Origin: Chrysomallon squamiferum
Taxonomy: Eukaryota > Animalia > Mollusca
Length of the DNA: 64,000 bases
Direction of reading: 5' to 3'
Assembly: GCA_012295275.1 (NCBI GenBank)
Contig: CM022672.1
Span: 868,001-932,000, forward strand
In this document: positions 34,017-46,958 of the stretch, piece by piece
Position numbering within the stretch: the stretch's first letter is position 1
Layout of the letters: each line of letters opens with the position of its first letter
Position numbers and translations under genes: made by a program
The notes under the pieces: generated by a model
The model's database searches: none
What the model was told of the DNA's origin: nothing
Seen by the model: only the letters and a program-made list of their open reading frames with translations

Positions 34017-35283
34017 TATGAAATAAAATAAAATAAAATGAATAAAGAAAAAACAAAAACATGACAGGATGAACTTCAGTGCTCAGATTGCAGATACGAA
34101 GCATGGTGAATCGCAGTATCAAGTCTCCTTGCTATAAACATTGTGTATCCCACTAAAACTTAACTAAATGTTCTGTTTGTTCTGTTTTGTTCTGTTTATG
34201 GCAAGCTGTAACAGATAAACTGATGCTACTATAGAACGGAATGGATTTGTGTTTTGTCTCTGACATCTTTCATTGTAGTAGGAAACGTAGTTAGTTATCT
34301 ACACATTCATTTATTAGATTATTATTATTGTTATTAGTAGTAGTAGTGGTTGTCGTTTTGTTGTTGCTGTTGTTGTTGTTATGGTTGCTGCTATTTCACT
34401 GCTATTCTTTTTCCAGAACTTTTTCATTTATTCAAGATTGATATATTTACTTATTTACTTATTTATTTATTTATTTGTTTGTTTGTTTTTATTATACAAG
34501 TAGTTGTATTTACAATGTTGATTCTGTTTAATGTTAATGGCTAAGAAAAGTTTTTTCTGTATGAAAGTCTTGCAGTTTCTGTTCTCTACATATTCGATGT
34601 GATCATCAGTTTTAGGTAAATATTTATATAAAGGCTGTTCTGCTGTGATTATTAAAAGTAACTTTAGTGTGAGTACTGGGGTTTCAGCTTGCACACGGTG
34701 GTTACAAAATACCACAACTGAGAAGTACCAACCATTAACAAACACGTGTTCACTAAGCATTTAGTGATTAACTCTTTAGTAAATATCACACATTAACACA
34801 TTATTGTCACGTTTTTCAAAGTGAATAGTAGAAATCAGAAACTGAAAAGAACGGGGTTACGTGTACAAGACTGGCACGATTAGTTCAGTTTTATCAAGAA
34901 ATTAAATTTATTAAGCTGATCTAACAGTATTATCATGTGTTTCCGTGGGCAGAATTATTAAAGAAAATATTTTTAATTATACGAATATACACACGCACAC
35001 ACACAAAATAAATATAGATCAAAAGTGAGCTCTTTATTTGATTAGTTTCTAATACTGAATAACATTTACATAAATTTCACCTCTTTGTATATGACTCTTT
35101 GTTGTCAGCTTATTTTTACGATTTCCACTTGTATAGACTGAAGACTTACGTTACAAGTAGCTCAGTTATAATTCCTTATACGCTGAATTGTTTCAAATTA
35201 GAAGATAAAACTTTCACTCTAAAACAAGATAAACACTTACCCATTACCACCGCCAGAAGTACTGCATGTTTCCATGGTAGCAT
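28047..35283 (-). CDS. Type I membrane protein: signal peptide, C-type lectin domain, PAN/apple-like domain, Thr/Ser mucin stalk, Cys/basic juxtamembrane module, TM, Pro-rich tail (846 aa)
   Basis: Minus-strand exons 35283-35241 (MLPWKHAVLLAVVM; least certain), 32319-32142, 31721-31462, 30973-30698, 30452-29652, 29339-29223, 28912-28047 are all phase-consistent and total 2541 nt. CTLD motifs TWNDAACVC, LWLGL, YVWHDG, EPNN..DYC, W..NNC...YPFVCEK; PAN-like CSVFC...CWAVVY...C; TM AVGGIGIGIVVIMLTPFVVL. Confidence 0.85.
31030..31445. repeat. Degenerate (TG/TA)-rich simple repeat in lectin-gene intron
   Basis: Seen directly; source of the V/Y/C/M ORFs. Confidence 0.9.
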
Positions 35284-35366
35284 TCTGTAATAAAATATAA
35301 TATACTTTAAGTTGTTTAAACTTGAAACACTGTAGTTATCAACCAAACACCATTTACAAACACATT

Positions 35367-35369
<3 letters not shown>

Positions 35370-35458
<89 letters not shown>

Positions 35459-35590
35459 GAGACAGAGAGACACAGAGAGACAGAGAGACAGAGAGATAGA
35501 GAGACAGAGAGAGATACAGAGAGAGAGAAAGAGAGAGAGAAAGAGAGACAGAGAAAGAGAGAGACAGAGAAAGAGACAGAGAGAGAGAGA
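35370..35590. repeat. (GA)n compound microsatellite
   Basis: Seen directly; similar arrays at 14986-15076, 19778-19840, 26492-26562, 37517-37594, 53996-54070. Confidence 0.95.
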
Positions 35591-36180
35591 AAATTTTAAT
35601 CATCTAAAAGTGCTAATGCAAATATAATTAAACAGTTTACCTTTCAAAATAACGCTCAGTAGTTCAAGGTATAAATATTTCTGATCACGAATTGAATTAA
35701 ATATAATTTAACTGTTTTAAAAAATTATTTTAATATTGATATAAAAATGTTAACTCTCAGTTTAATTACTAATATAATTATTTTAATAAAACAATCAATA
35801 TTACAAAGATAGTTTCTAACATATTTATATATATATAAATTGACAATTACGAAACTCACTCTAAAAAGAAAGTTACCTTAATTCATAATTGATTAAAGCA
35901 AGACAAACCTGGTGCTCACTGAATCGATGTTGTTGTTTAATAACACAGAATCTTCACTGATCTGGTATCACAGACGTTCTCTTTTTCACAAACTCACCTT
36001 TGATGCAGTGAGAAATTGGCCTTTGATTTGCTACAGTTTAATCGATACAGGTAATAACAACGTGACAGGTATAGAGTAATGAAAATATAATGATACAGGT
36101 ATGAGTTACAGGTAGCAAATAAGCAGATTATGTAATGATAATATAGGTAATACATTTTTTTTCACTTTCCTTATCTTTTT

Positions 36181-36232
<52 letters not shown>

Positions 36233-36999
36233 CCCTCCCTCCTTTCCCTCCCTCTTTTTTCTTCTTCTTTCTTTCTGTCTCTCTATCTTTCTGTCAGTTT
36301 CTCTGTTTGTGTCTGTTTCAGTTTTTCTATCTGTGTTTATGCTTGTGATATCTGCACTTTTGATCATACAGTTATGATGTATCAGCAATAATAACACAAC
36401 ATCACTGGCTTTCAGCACGACGTCGTCAACGTCATGACCTGCTTCAACCAGCATGTCGATCATGAACGTCGTTGACTGGGTTAATTCAACTTGACAAACA
36501 CGTCCGTCCTAAAACGACGTGTGTCTGTCACATTCATTTTTAAAAATCTTCACACACGTATTTCTCTTGGGATTAAGCATTTATCATTCAGTTCAGACAA
36601 TGGATACTTTTATTATTTATTAGAAAGACACTATCTGTGACGAGTAATTAGACAACATTCCATGACTTTGTGTATACATTTTTTAAAAAGAAATTAAATA
36701 ATCATTGAAATTGTAATTACATTAACCGCAACTTCAATATGTTTTTTGGGTGTACTATGCAAATAGTCTTAATATATTTTTATTAATTCTAGTTTTTCTT
36801 TCTAAGAGCTGATTTTACTTTTAATAAATTAATAATAAAATAGCTTAAAAATATCTAATAATAATAATAATTATTATTAGTAGTAGTAGTAGTAGTAGTA
36901 TTATAATTATTATTATTATTAGTAGTAGTAGTATTATAATTATTATTATTAGTAGTAGTAGTAGTAGTATTATAATTATAATTATTATTATTATCATCA

Positions 37000-37055
<56 letters not shown>

Positions 37056-37315
37056 GTAAATAATACCAAACCCTTGACATATAGAAAACGTTACTACAGA
37101 AAATTTTGTACACGTGATTTTGAGCCACCAGAAGCACATTTAAAATAAAATATTCTCTGTTAGAAAGAATCAACGTCAGTTATGTAAATTATATAATAAT
37201 ACTTCATTTTTTTATTTCGTTATTCATTCACTGAAATATTTAATTTTATTTTGTTATATATATTCTTCTTTTTTTTTTTTTTTTTTTTTTTTGTTACGAG
37301 TCCCCAGTCAAAACA

Positions 37316-37514
37316 TCAACAACTTTTTGATTTTTCAAGAGAACTGAGAGTTACGTCTTCTTCTTTAGCATTCTCGTCCCGTTTACGCATGCGTAACATG
37401 ATGTCGAACACGGACGATTTCTCGAATTCGCTAGCTTCGGCTGATGTCATAGGTCCGCCTTGGTGTGTCAGGGTCATTTTACTTGCGGGAGATAACTCTG
37501 TAATATATATATAT

Positions 37515-37599
<85 letters not shown>

Positions 37600-38308
37600 C
37601 AGTATTTCATGTTATTGGTAATTTAATATATTTTTTGACTATTGTAGAAACTGCCAGTAGTTTTAATGCCATTGTTAATGAAAAGGAAAAAGAAAGCAAC
37701 CAGCACAAACAACAGAAAGAAAAAAGTAGAAGACGGGCACGGAGATAATGAGAAATGGAAACAAAGTGTAGATGCAGTCAACGAGTCGGAGATGTAGAAA
37801 TGATGATGGGTAAAGAAGAAACCGGGAAAAAAAAATAATTGGAATAAAAGTTGGATAAACTGAGCGGAAAGATCATGGAAAAAAAATTAAAAAATAAAAA
37901 AAAAAACGTAGTTAACGGTTTAAAAGAGAAAACTGTGTCATACGTACATTATATTACAATCCTGTATACAAATACATAATCAGCCTGCTATACAGACACC
38001 TGAGAAGCTACGCATTAAAAAGACAACGTTCATGTAAGTGCATATTTTCGAGGAAATGGGAGAATGAAATATCATCATCAAAATAAATCTTAGGTAGTAG
38101 CGGTTATCCGCAAACATCAGATATCTCTTTGCCTTCACGTGGCTTCCTACGATTTGACAAACTGTGTCAGGAAATCCTAAACCTTTCAGAAATTCAGCAC
38201 CGACAACGTCGTGATCTTTTGTACCTCGATTGACGTCATCAGTCACCACAGGAGCCGGGTGTTTGTCCTCACCTACAAGATGTCGTGCAGAAATGCGCCA
38301 GCGATGAC
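37316..38308 (-). pseudogene. PhnZ/TmpB-like HD-domain diiron dioxygenase pseudogene (2 exons found)
   Basis: Exon 38308-38090: VIAGAFLHDI/frameshift/LVGEDKHPAPVVTDDVNRGTKDHDVVGAEFLKGLGFPDTVCQIVGSHVKAKRYLMFADNRYYL; exon 37497-37316: LSPASKMTLTHQGGPMTSAEASEFEK...LRMRKRDENAK. LHDI, H..GA, HVxAKRYL, LSxAS..TL..QGGPM and DExAK are PhnZ-family motifs. Lesions: deletion of the GH codons with frameshift (~38280), donor reads GA not GT (38089), W->R in the WDE motif, first exon not found. Confidence 0.82.
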
Positions 38309-38869
38309 CTTACAAAAGAAAAAAATTTACAATAATGCATGACGTCATCCACGGCTTTCTGGGCAACCTCAGACATAGCTACTAGTTTTAAAAATTAAAT
38401 ATATTTTGATCAGTATACTGACTAATGTTAAAGACATATTAAGTTTAGTGTAGACAGTTCGTCTAAGCCACTTGGATCTATACTCCTCAGTGTATGCAAT
38501 AGACTAGTACCCGGCAAATTGCGTATTGAAAATATTTTCATGTGTCTTGACATTTAAAATATCTCTTAGTACTTACCACTGTTAAGGGTCCAAGCGGTAG
38601 CGATATAAAAACAAAAATTCGTTGTTATGTATGCAAATACATTTCATCTGAATAGTAACAGCGTTTAATAATAAAATGTGGTTATCAGATACCAAGAAAT
38701 ATAAATCTCTTTGTGTGAAGGTGAATATCGTGTTGCTAATCAGCAATAGTTACGAACAATAATTACATACACGCCAAAAAATATACATTTCTAACCTTAA
38801 AATACTCATTTGTACGTATTGTACTTATATATTTTTTTCTGTACATTAGAAAATATTTGACTTTTCATG

Positions 38870-38904
<35 letters not shown>

Positions 38905-40658
38905 ATTTGCATTTTAAATATTGTGTATATATATTTTTTTTATTTATTAATTTTTTTTTTTTTTTTTAGCCTCCAGTCATTTCAAGAAGACATTTCATAA
39001 TCTGCAGTGTTGATAGAAGAGACACAAAACAAATATTTTAAACATGAGATGACTAAATTAATACAATCCATCACTGACGATTTCAAAACTGGATATGCCG
39101 CGATATACGTAAATAAATAAAGCAGGGGCAAACATTTTGGAAAATGCTAAACAGCAGCAATAAAAAAATAATTTAAAAAAATCTTGCATAGACACAACAT
39201 ATCCAGATAGATTAGCACGATCTAGCGTCCTGGAATTTTCCTGTCATAATTTAATTATGTTCTTATCTGTAAGAAGGGAATTTGGTTCCAGGAATTGCAA
39301 AGATGTCAGAATACGCAACAGCTGCATAAAGAAGAATTCACGTTCTGAGAAATGTTGCTTTCTTACTTGAATAATGTTTACTGTTTTAGTAAATCAGATT
39401 AATTTAATCCACTTCATAGACTGTTGACTCCAGCAGGCAAACTAAACCACTTCAAGTAAAAAAAAAAAAAAATTCTCTTGTACAGTCAGAACTCATAAGT
39501 TTAATTATCATTGTGATCGCTGTTATTATTATCATCATCATCATTATCACTATCACCATTAGTTTACATATAAAATTTTGTTATCTGAACTAAAACATTT
39601 TAGTCACACATCTGAAATTATTTACTGTGTTTTGTAATAATCGTCGTGTAGAAGACAATCACAGACTAATTAAACTCAGTTTAGATTTTATTGTTCAGAA
39701 TCTTCTACCTGTCACAGTGTGAGTTTTTACACACAGAGAGAGTGAGTTAGTGTCACGTTGTATTTACGCGTTATGTCGCTTACAGCCCGCTGTCACACGT
39801 TCCCATAAACACTGTCATGTTTATCTGGTTAACTTGTGTAAGACACGTCAAACGTTGTTGTATGTATTATACTTCTCTGGGGAAAATGGACGTTAAAAAA
39901 AAGAAAGAAAAAGAGTTAGTTGATAGATGGTTAAATAGACAGAGAGAGACAGAAAAAAGAGACACATTTTACAAGGGATATTATTTATTTCTTACAAAAA
40001 ATACATACACATACATATATAATGAAATGATCAATGAACAATATGAAAAAAAGTACTGTAAAACCTAAACCTGAATGTCACAGACGAAATCAACGAGAAT
40101 AGCAATTTATAATGCACAGAAACACTACACTCAAAGTGTTCTTCATCAAATTCAGGACAATCAGAACATTATCGTATAATTTAGAACAAAAGGCCAACAC
40201 AGTTTTTAAATGACAGTCTATAATAATTTCTGAATTAATTTGTAGCTGTTATATAGAATTCTGTTCTTTACTTTTCATTGTTTATTTTTTATATTCTAAG
40301 TATATATTAAGCCTTGCTCGAGAAAACCTGAAAGTCCAGAAATCCGGGTCATCTCCGGTATGCTGGATAAATGATCTGCTACACGTAATAAAATGCTAGT
40401 GTGCAACATGGAATCACTTGAACATTAAAGACAGTTACGTGAATTAATTTAAGTAGATTTGCAGCTAAAGTGGTTTATATACTGTTTATGTGAACGCTGA
40501 CTAAACTAGATTTAAGAATAAAGGTTTTAATAAACGTAGGTCTACATATTGAAGGGACCATTTAGACTACTGTTATTCTACTGTATTCTTATAACTAAAA
40601 CATTTTAAATTGTACTACACCTAGATAAGAAAACACTTAAAGTCTTATTAATATTTGA

Positions 40659-42629
40659 TTATTCATAAACAAATGCTGTGACGTCACGGAGAGTGCTGGC
40701 CGCTGATTGGATAGTAAAGAGAATAACGGAGAAGTGAAGTTTAGCTTGTTCCCATCTGGCACTGGAGTTCGGGTGTTTGTCAATCTCAAACAGGATGTCC
40801 TCCAGCCCCGGAAAACTGCTTCCTGCGTAGGCATTGTTACTGTTTTCAGCAAATATCACGTGTCTGTAATAACAATAATAACAATAAAAATAATAATAAC
40901 AATAATAATAATAATAATAACGTTGATGATAATGGTAATAAACTTTGATTTTCATTCATCATTCTAAATGCTACCTGAGAAAAAGATGACACCTCATCAA
41001 AGACCTACAGTGTTATGATATACAGTGTTATAGTATACAGTGTTATGATATACAGTGTTATAGTATACAGTGTTATAGTATACAGTGTTATGATATACAG
41101 TGTTAAAGTATACAGTGTTATAGTATACAGTGTTATGATATACAGTGTTATAGTATACAGTGTTATGATATACAGTGTTAAAGTATACAGTGTTATGATA
41201 TACAGTGTTAAAGTATACAGTGTTATGCTATACAGTGTTATAGTATACAGTGTTATGATATACAGTGTTATAGTATACAGTGTTATGATATACAGTGTTA
41301 TGATATACAGTGTTAAAGTATACTGTGTTATGATATACAGTGTTATGATATACAGTATTATGATATACAGTGTTATAGTATACTGTGTTATGATATACAG
41401 TGTTAAAGTATACAGTGTTATGATATACAGTGTTATGATATACAGTGTTAAAGTATACAGTGTTATGATATACAGTGTTAAAGTATACAGTGTTATGATA
41501 TACAGTGTTAAAGTATACTGTGTTATGATATACAGTGTTATGATATACAGTATTATGATATACAGTGTTATAGTATACTGTGTTATGATATACAGTGTTA
41601 TGATATACAGTGTTAAAGTATACAGTGTTATGATATACAGTGTTAAAGTATACAGTGTTATGATATACAGTGCTAATATATACAGTGTTATAGTATACAG
41701 TGTTATGATATACAGTGCTAATATATACAGTGTTATAGTATACTGTGTTATGATATAGAGTGCTATGATATACAGTGCTATGATAAATATTTGTTAACAG
41801 TAAAACAAGTGTGACATACAGGATTTACATTCTCTGCCTCAGTCTGTACTCACTTTTTGCTCGGTCTGTCTGGCAAACCGTTAGGGTCAAGAAAAGCTTT
41901 CTCTAGTAACATCAGCTGATCGTTGACTTGACGAATAGCCATCGGACTGAAACAAACAACTACCACGTTTGTTACGTTCTTCATCTTCTTCTTACTATTA
42001 TTATTATTATTACTCTATACACACAAAAGACTAATACTTAAGTTAATGGAAATTATTTTTCTTATGCTTTGTCAAAGAGAAAAGATTACAGTTTAATTCT
42101 CATTTAATATACGTATCTTTTACAAAGTATTAATAAGAGATATATCTGTGTAAATATAAAAAAGTAACACAACAGTAAACTAACAGTAAAGTTCTGATTT
42201 CAGACCACTGACAGAAAACAGTAAGAATTTACTCACTCGTTTTTGTTCATCCTGGCTACTCGAGAGTTGAAAGATTCAACTTCTCTTGAAAAGTTCTCAA
42301 CTGCCTCTTTTAGTTTATCTGAAAACAACATTTTTAAACATTTTCTCTTTCTTTCCAAACAAAGACATGTAAAGCATAGTTTTTGTACATTCTCGTTGTT
42401 GGAGCAATTGTATAAGTGAGTAATACTCAAGTATTTCACTGAACTCTATAATCAGTATTCAGTACAGCAGAAGCGCTGCTCGATACAGTCAGTCCTCTCA
42501 CAGCTAACCACGTTCAGTTTGTCTGCTGTCTTATTACATAATGGTATATGTCACATGCACATTTAAAGTGAATCACAAAATGTTTAAATCCTAGAGTGAC
42601 TTAAACTTAATTAAACTCACCAAAAATCT

Positions 42630-42674
<45 letters not shown>

Positions 42675-44331
42675 TCTCACATACACTGACACGTGTGTGT
42701 GTGTGTGTGTGTGCGTGTGTGTGTGTGTGTAAAAGAACAAAATGAAATTATTTAGCAAATTATTACGGTAGTCTAATATTTTTTGACTCATCACTGAACT
42801 ATAACAATATCATCAAAACCGATTTACTAAATGTTTTTACTCTGTCGTGACGTCCCATAATATTAAAATAATGCACAACGTTATTACTGTTCAGTGACAT
42901 TCTACAGCGTTAAACAGTTTTTGATGTTATTACCGTAGTCAGATAGGTTGGCTGTGAGTACGGAGCCGTACTTTCTGTGTAGAGTTGTTCTGTACTCGTC
43001 CAGCTGCCAGGCGTAGTCTGACACGTTGAACGGGATGACGAGAGAGTCGGCTAGATTACGTAACATCTCCATGGTAACACGAGCCACCGCCTGGTGATAC
43101 TGCAGTGATTAAATAAATAATGATTCTGGATTAGCTGCAGAACATAACAACATTCACTTTCAAGAAAACAGAAATGATTCTTGAACGAAACTACTAAGTG
43201 TTCTATGGATTCATTGCTGAATGTCAAAACAACAACAGCATTGTAATGATTTAGTCGAGATATTGAAATACGGCAATTATAAAATGACGTATATTTGGTA
43301 TTGACAAATAACACGAAATACTTTAACTAACAACGTTTCTTATCGTTATCCTCTAATCTGGATACTGACAAAAGAGTCATAGACTGTATGCAGTTATGTA
43401 AAATGATGTAAGTTGTGTTGAGTGTAAAACCAATATTTACTTTAAAATCAGCGTCCATGAAATTCTTCACAGCGTAAAACGTCTCGTACACGGAGTGATA
43501 GAGCGGGTACGAGGGAAGCTTGTGCTTTTTCTTCAACAAAGACAAAAACACTGAGTACAAATATCACAGCTTGGACAGCAAGAAGGTGTTAGTAATAATG
43601 GTAATGATGAAGATGATGACAGTTATTATTATAATTATAATAACACTAACAACAGCAAGAACAATAATAATAATAATAATCATAATAATAATGTCGTTAC
43701 GATGATGGTAATGCAACTATTAGAAATGATAACGAATATAAATATATAGTTGCTTTGATGATGATGATGTATGTATGTATGTATGTATATTTGTTCATAT
43801 CTATGTGTATATTTATGTGCATGTATGTACAAACGTATGCAAGCATATATATATCAAATATAAACGACTAATGTATTCTACTACTAATAAGACTCAGTTT
43901 GTGTTAACGTACAGTATTGTAGTTGTATCGGAAGTCTATAGATGTAATACCACACGTCTGAAGTATGGGGGCGTAGTCACTTCCTGAACCCAGGGCTTTG
44001 ATTCTGAAACAACAAATACGAAAAACACAGGTGAAAATCTAAAACAGGTAGATGTATAGGTAGATAGAAAGACAGACAGATAGATAGATATAGAGAGAGA
44101 TACATAGACAGGTTGAGAAACAGATCTGTAGATATAGAGGCAGAAAGATGGGTATGTAAAAAGACAGGTGGATATATTGATTGATAGAGAGACAGACAGA
44201 GATAAAGAAATGAATGAAGAGATCTACAGATAGACAAACATATATGCAAGCAGACGGAAAACACTCAGACGGACAGACGGACAAAATCAAACACATCTGT
44301 AGATTCAGTTTATATCACTACCACTACAACA

Positions 44332-44373
<42 letters not shown>

Positions 44374-45384
44374 TTCAAAAAATAGGAGATTATTTTAGAT
44401 GTTATTAATCTAGGACAATTAACTAACAATGTGTACATAGTTAACACTATGATTCTTCTTGACCTGAATGATCATTCTTATTAGTTTAAATAAATAAATA
44501 AATACTTGAATAAATAAATAAAATTTACATTAAAAAAAAGAAAAAAAAAATGTTTTTATTAAATACCTTGGTAATAAAAAGAAAAACAGAAAGATCAAAC
44601 AAAAAGAAAATTTAGAAGCTGTAGAGAAACAAACCTTGGTAAACCTATAGGATGTTTGTTCTGGTCGAGCCAGGGGTAACTGTTTTTCCAAGTATCATAC
44701 ACACTGAGTCTTCCTGCAGCTTTCTCCGTGTCACTGGGGTTCGATACCTGACAGTTAATTACACGTGGGTTTATTCTGACATTAAACAAAGTGTGACTTT
44801 CTCAGTTGATGATATGTAGTTAGTTATTCTACAATCAATCCTTGTTAGACCTCTTGTATCTATCATTAGAAACAGATGTTTATAGACCGTTTTTCAAAAC
44901 GCACACCTTGGTTTTAAGCAAAATAAAGAAACAAGAACGATAGACCAAGTAGAAGAAATAGCTTAAAAAGAGATTAGTTCTTACTACCTATCAAACTTAA
45001 AGCGAGTGTTAAACTTATATCGGGTAAGAACAAGTTATTACAACAATTGTTTATACATACATACATACATACATACGTAAATACATACATGCATGACTAC
45101 ATACATACATGACTACATACATACATACATACATACAAGTGGAAAATATACCTTCTTTGTAGCGTCATAGATGGCTCTGTATAAAAGAGGAGTAGCTGAG
45201 GCTCGCAATGAATAATTACCTGTAATAAAACACTTTGTTATTCTAGTACATGGCTTTCAGTGTTAGCAGTAACAAAACGATCAACAGTTTCATCATTCAC
45301 AAGTGACAACAATCCAAAAAATTAAATAAAGAATGATTTGAAAACAACTGTAAGATTACTATATTAAAAAAATCTATAAATCAA

Positions 45385-45448
<64 letters not shown>

Positions 45449-46927
45449 AATAAATAAATAAAAATAAAACAGTCAGTGGAAAGAAAAAAAAATAAAAAAA
45501 TAAATAAAAAAAAATAATAATAAAATAAAATAAAATAAAATAGTAATCTAAATTAAGTTTTAATTTATTAGAATATAAGATCATGATATTGTCAATTTGT
45601 ATTAAATCATTCAACAAAGTAAACAATGTTTATTTTACATACAGCTATCCGTGTTTACCTTCTAAAGCTCTGTAGAGTTTGTACAGACCTCTAGCTAGGT
45701 ATATATGATATATTTACCTTATACACTGTTTAAGAAATGTTTACCTTGTACTGCTATATCTATGTTTATATATGCTATGGCTCGTTCTCTCAGATTTTTG
45801 GTGTAATGCTGAAATTCAAAATTAAAAACAAAATATAGAGTTATAATCGTGAGAAATCGTGAAATTTAAATTTTAAATAAATACATAATAGCAAAAGAAT
45901 AGACAAATGTTAAAACTTCAAAAAGTGTGTAAAGGACCAAGAATTGTAAAGGTAAAAATATAGAAACAATAAAGTAGAACTGTTATTACATATCTACTCT
46001 GTTCTTTCATTTTGCTGATTACTAAATGTATGTGTATATTTAATATTTAACACATACTGCTTAAGAAATGTTTTCTTTTACCACATTATCTGATGCACAG
46101 TTTTTTTTTTTCAAGAGCAACTTCGTTTGCTTGTTTGTTAATTTTAAGCCAGCTTGCTTTGTAATACCAGATTCTTGTTTATTTATTTATTTTTATATAT
46201 ATATATATATATATATTTTTATTATATATTATTTTTTTTTTATTTCTACCTGAACCCATTCACTAGATCCGATCAGACCATACTCCTCCGCAGCCCAGCT
46301 ACAGAACATAACAGAACGACGAGGACGCCACCTGCCTGTAAAAATAAACAGTTCTCACATTAACTATAAAACATGATTGTAATAAGTGTAAAACTTTGAA
46401 TGAAATCTATCACACTGTTGATGTAAAAATAAACAGTTCTCATATTAACTATAAAACATGATTGTAATAAGTGTAAAACTTTGAATGAAATCTATCACAC
46501 TGTTGATGTAAAAATAAACAGTTCTCATATTAACTATAAAACATGATTGTAATAAGTGTAAAACTTTGAATGAAATCTATCACACTGTTGATGTAAAAAA
46601 TAAACAGTTCTCACATTAACTATAAAACATGATTGTAATAAGTGTAAAACTTTGAATGAAATCTATCACACTGTTGATGTAAAAATAAACAGTTCTCACA
46701 TTAACTATAAAACATGATTGTAATAAATGTAAAACTTTGAATGAAATCTATCACACTGTTGATGTAAAAAATAAACAGTTCTCATATTAACTATAAAACA
46801 TGATTGTAATAACTATAAAAACTGTTGAGGTAAAAAACTGTTCTCATATTAACTATAAAACATGACTGTGATAAGTGTAAAACTTTGAATGAAATCTATC
46901 ACACTATTGATAAACAACGTCATCATC

Positions 46928-46958
<31 letters not shown>

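Noticed and set aside
37980-38249. Bacterial contamination or recent HGT of the HD-domain ORF
   Set aside because: The gene is split by an intron containing host-type microsatellites and is embedded in ordinary host DNA.
41015-41758. 247-aa ORF (MIYSV)n
   Set aside because: Translation of a stop-free 15-bp minisatellite, antisense within the last peptidase intron.
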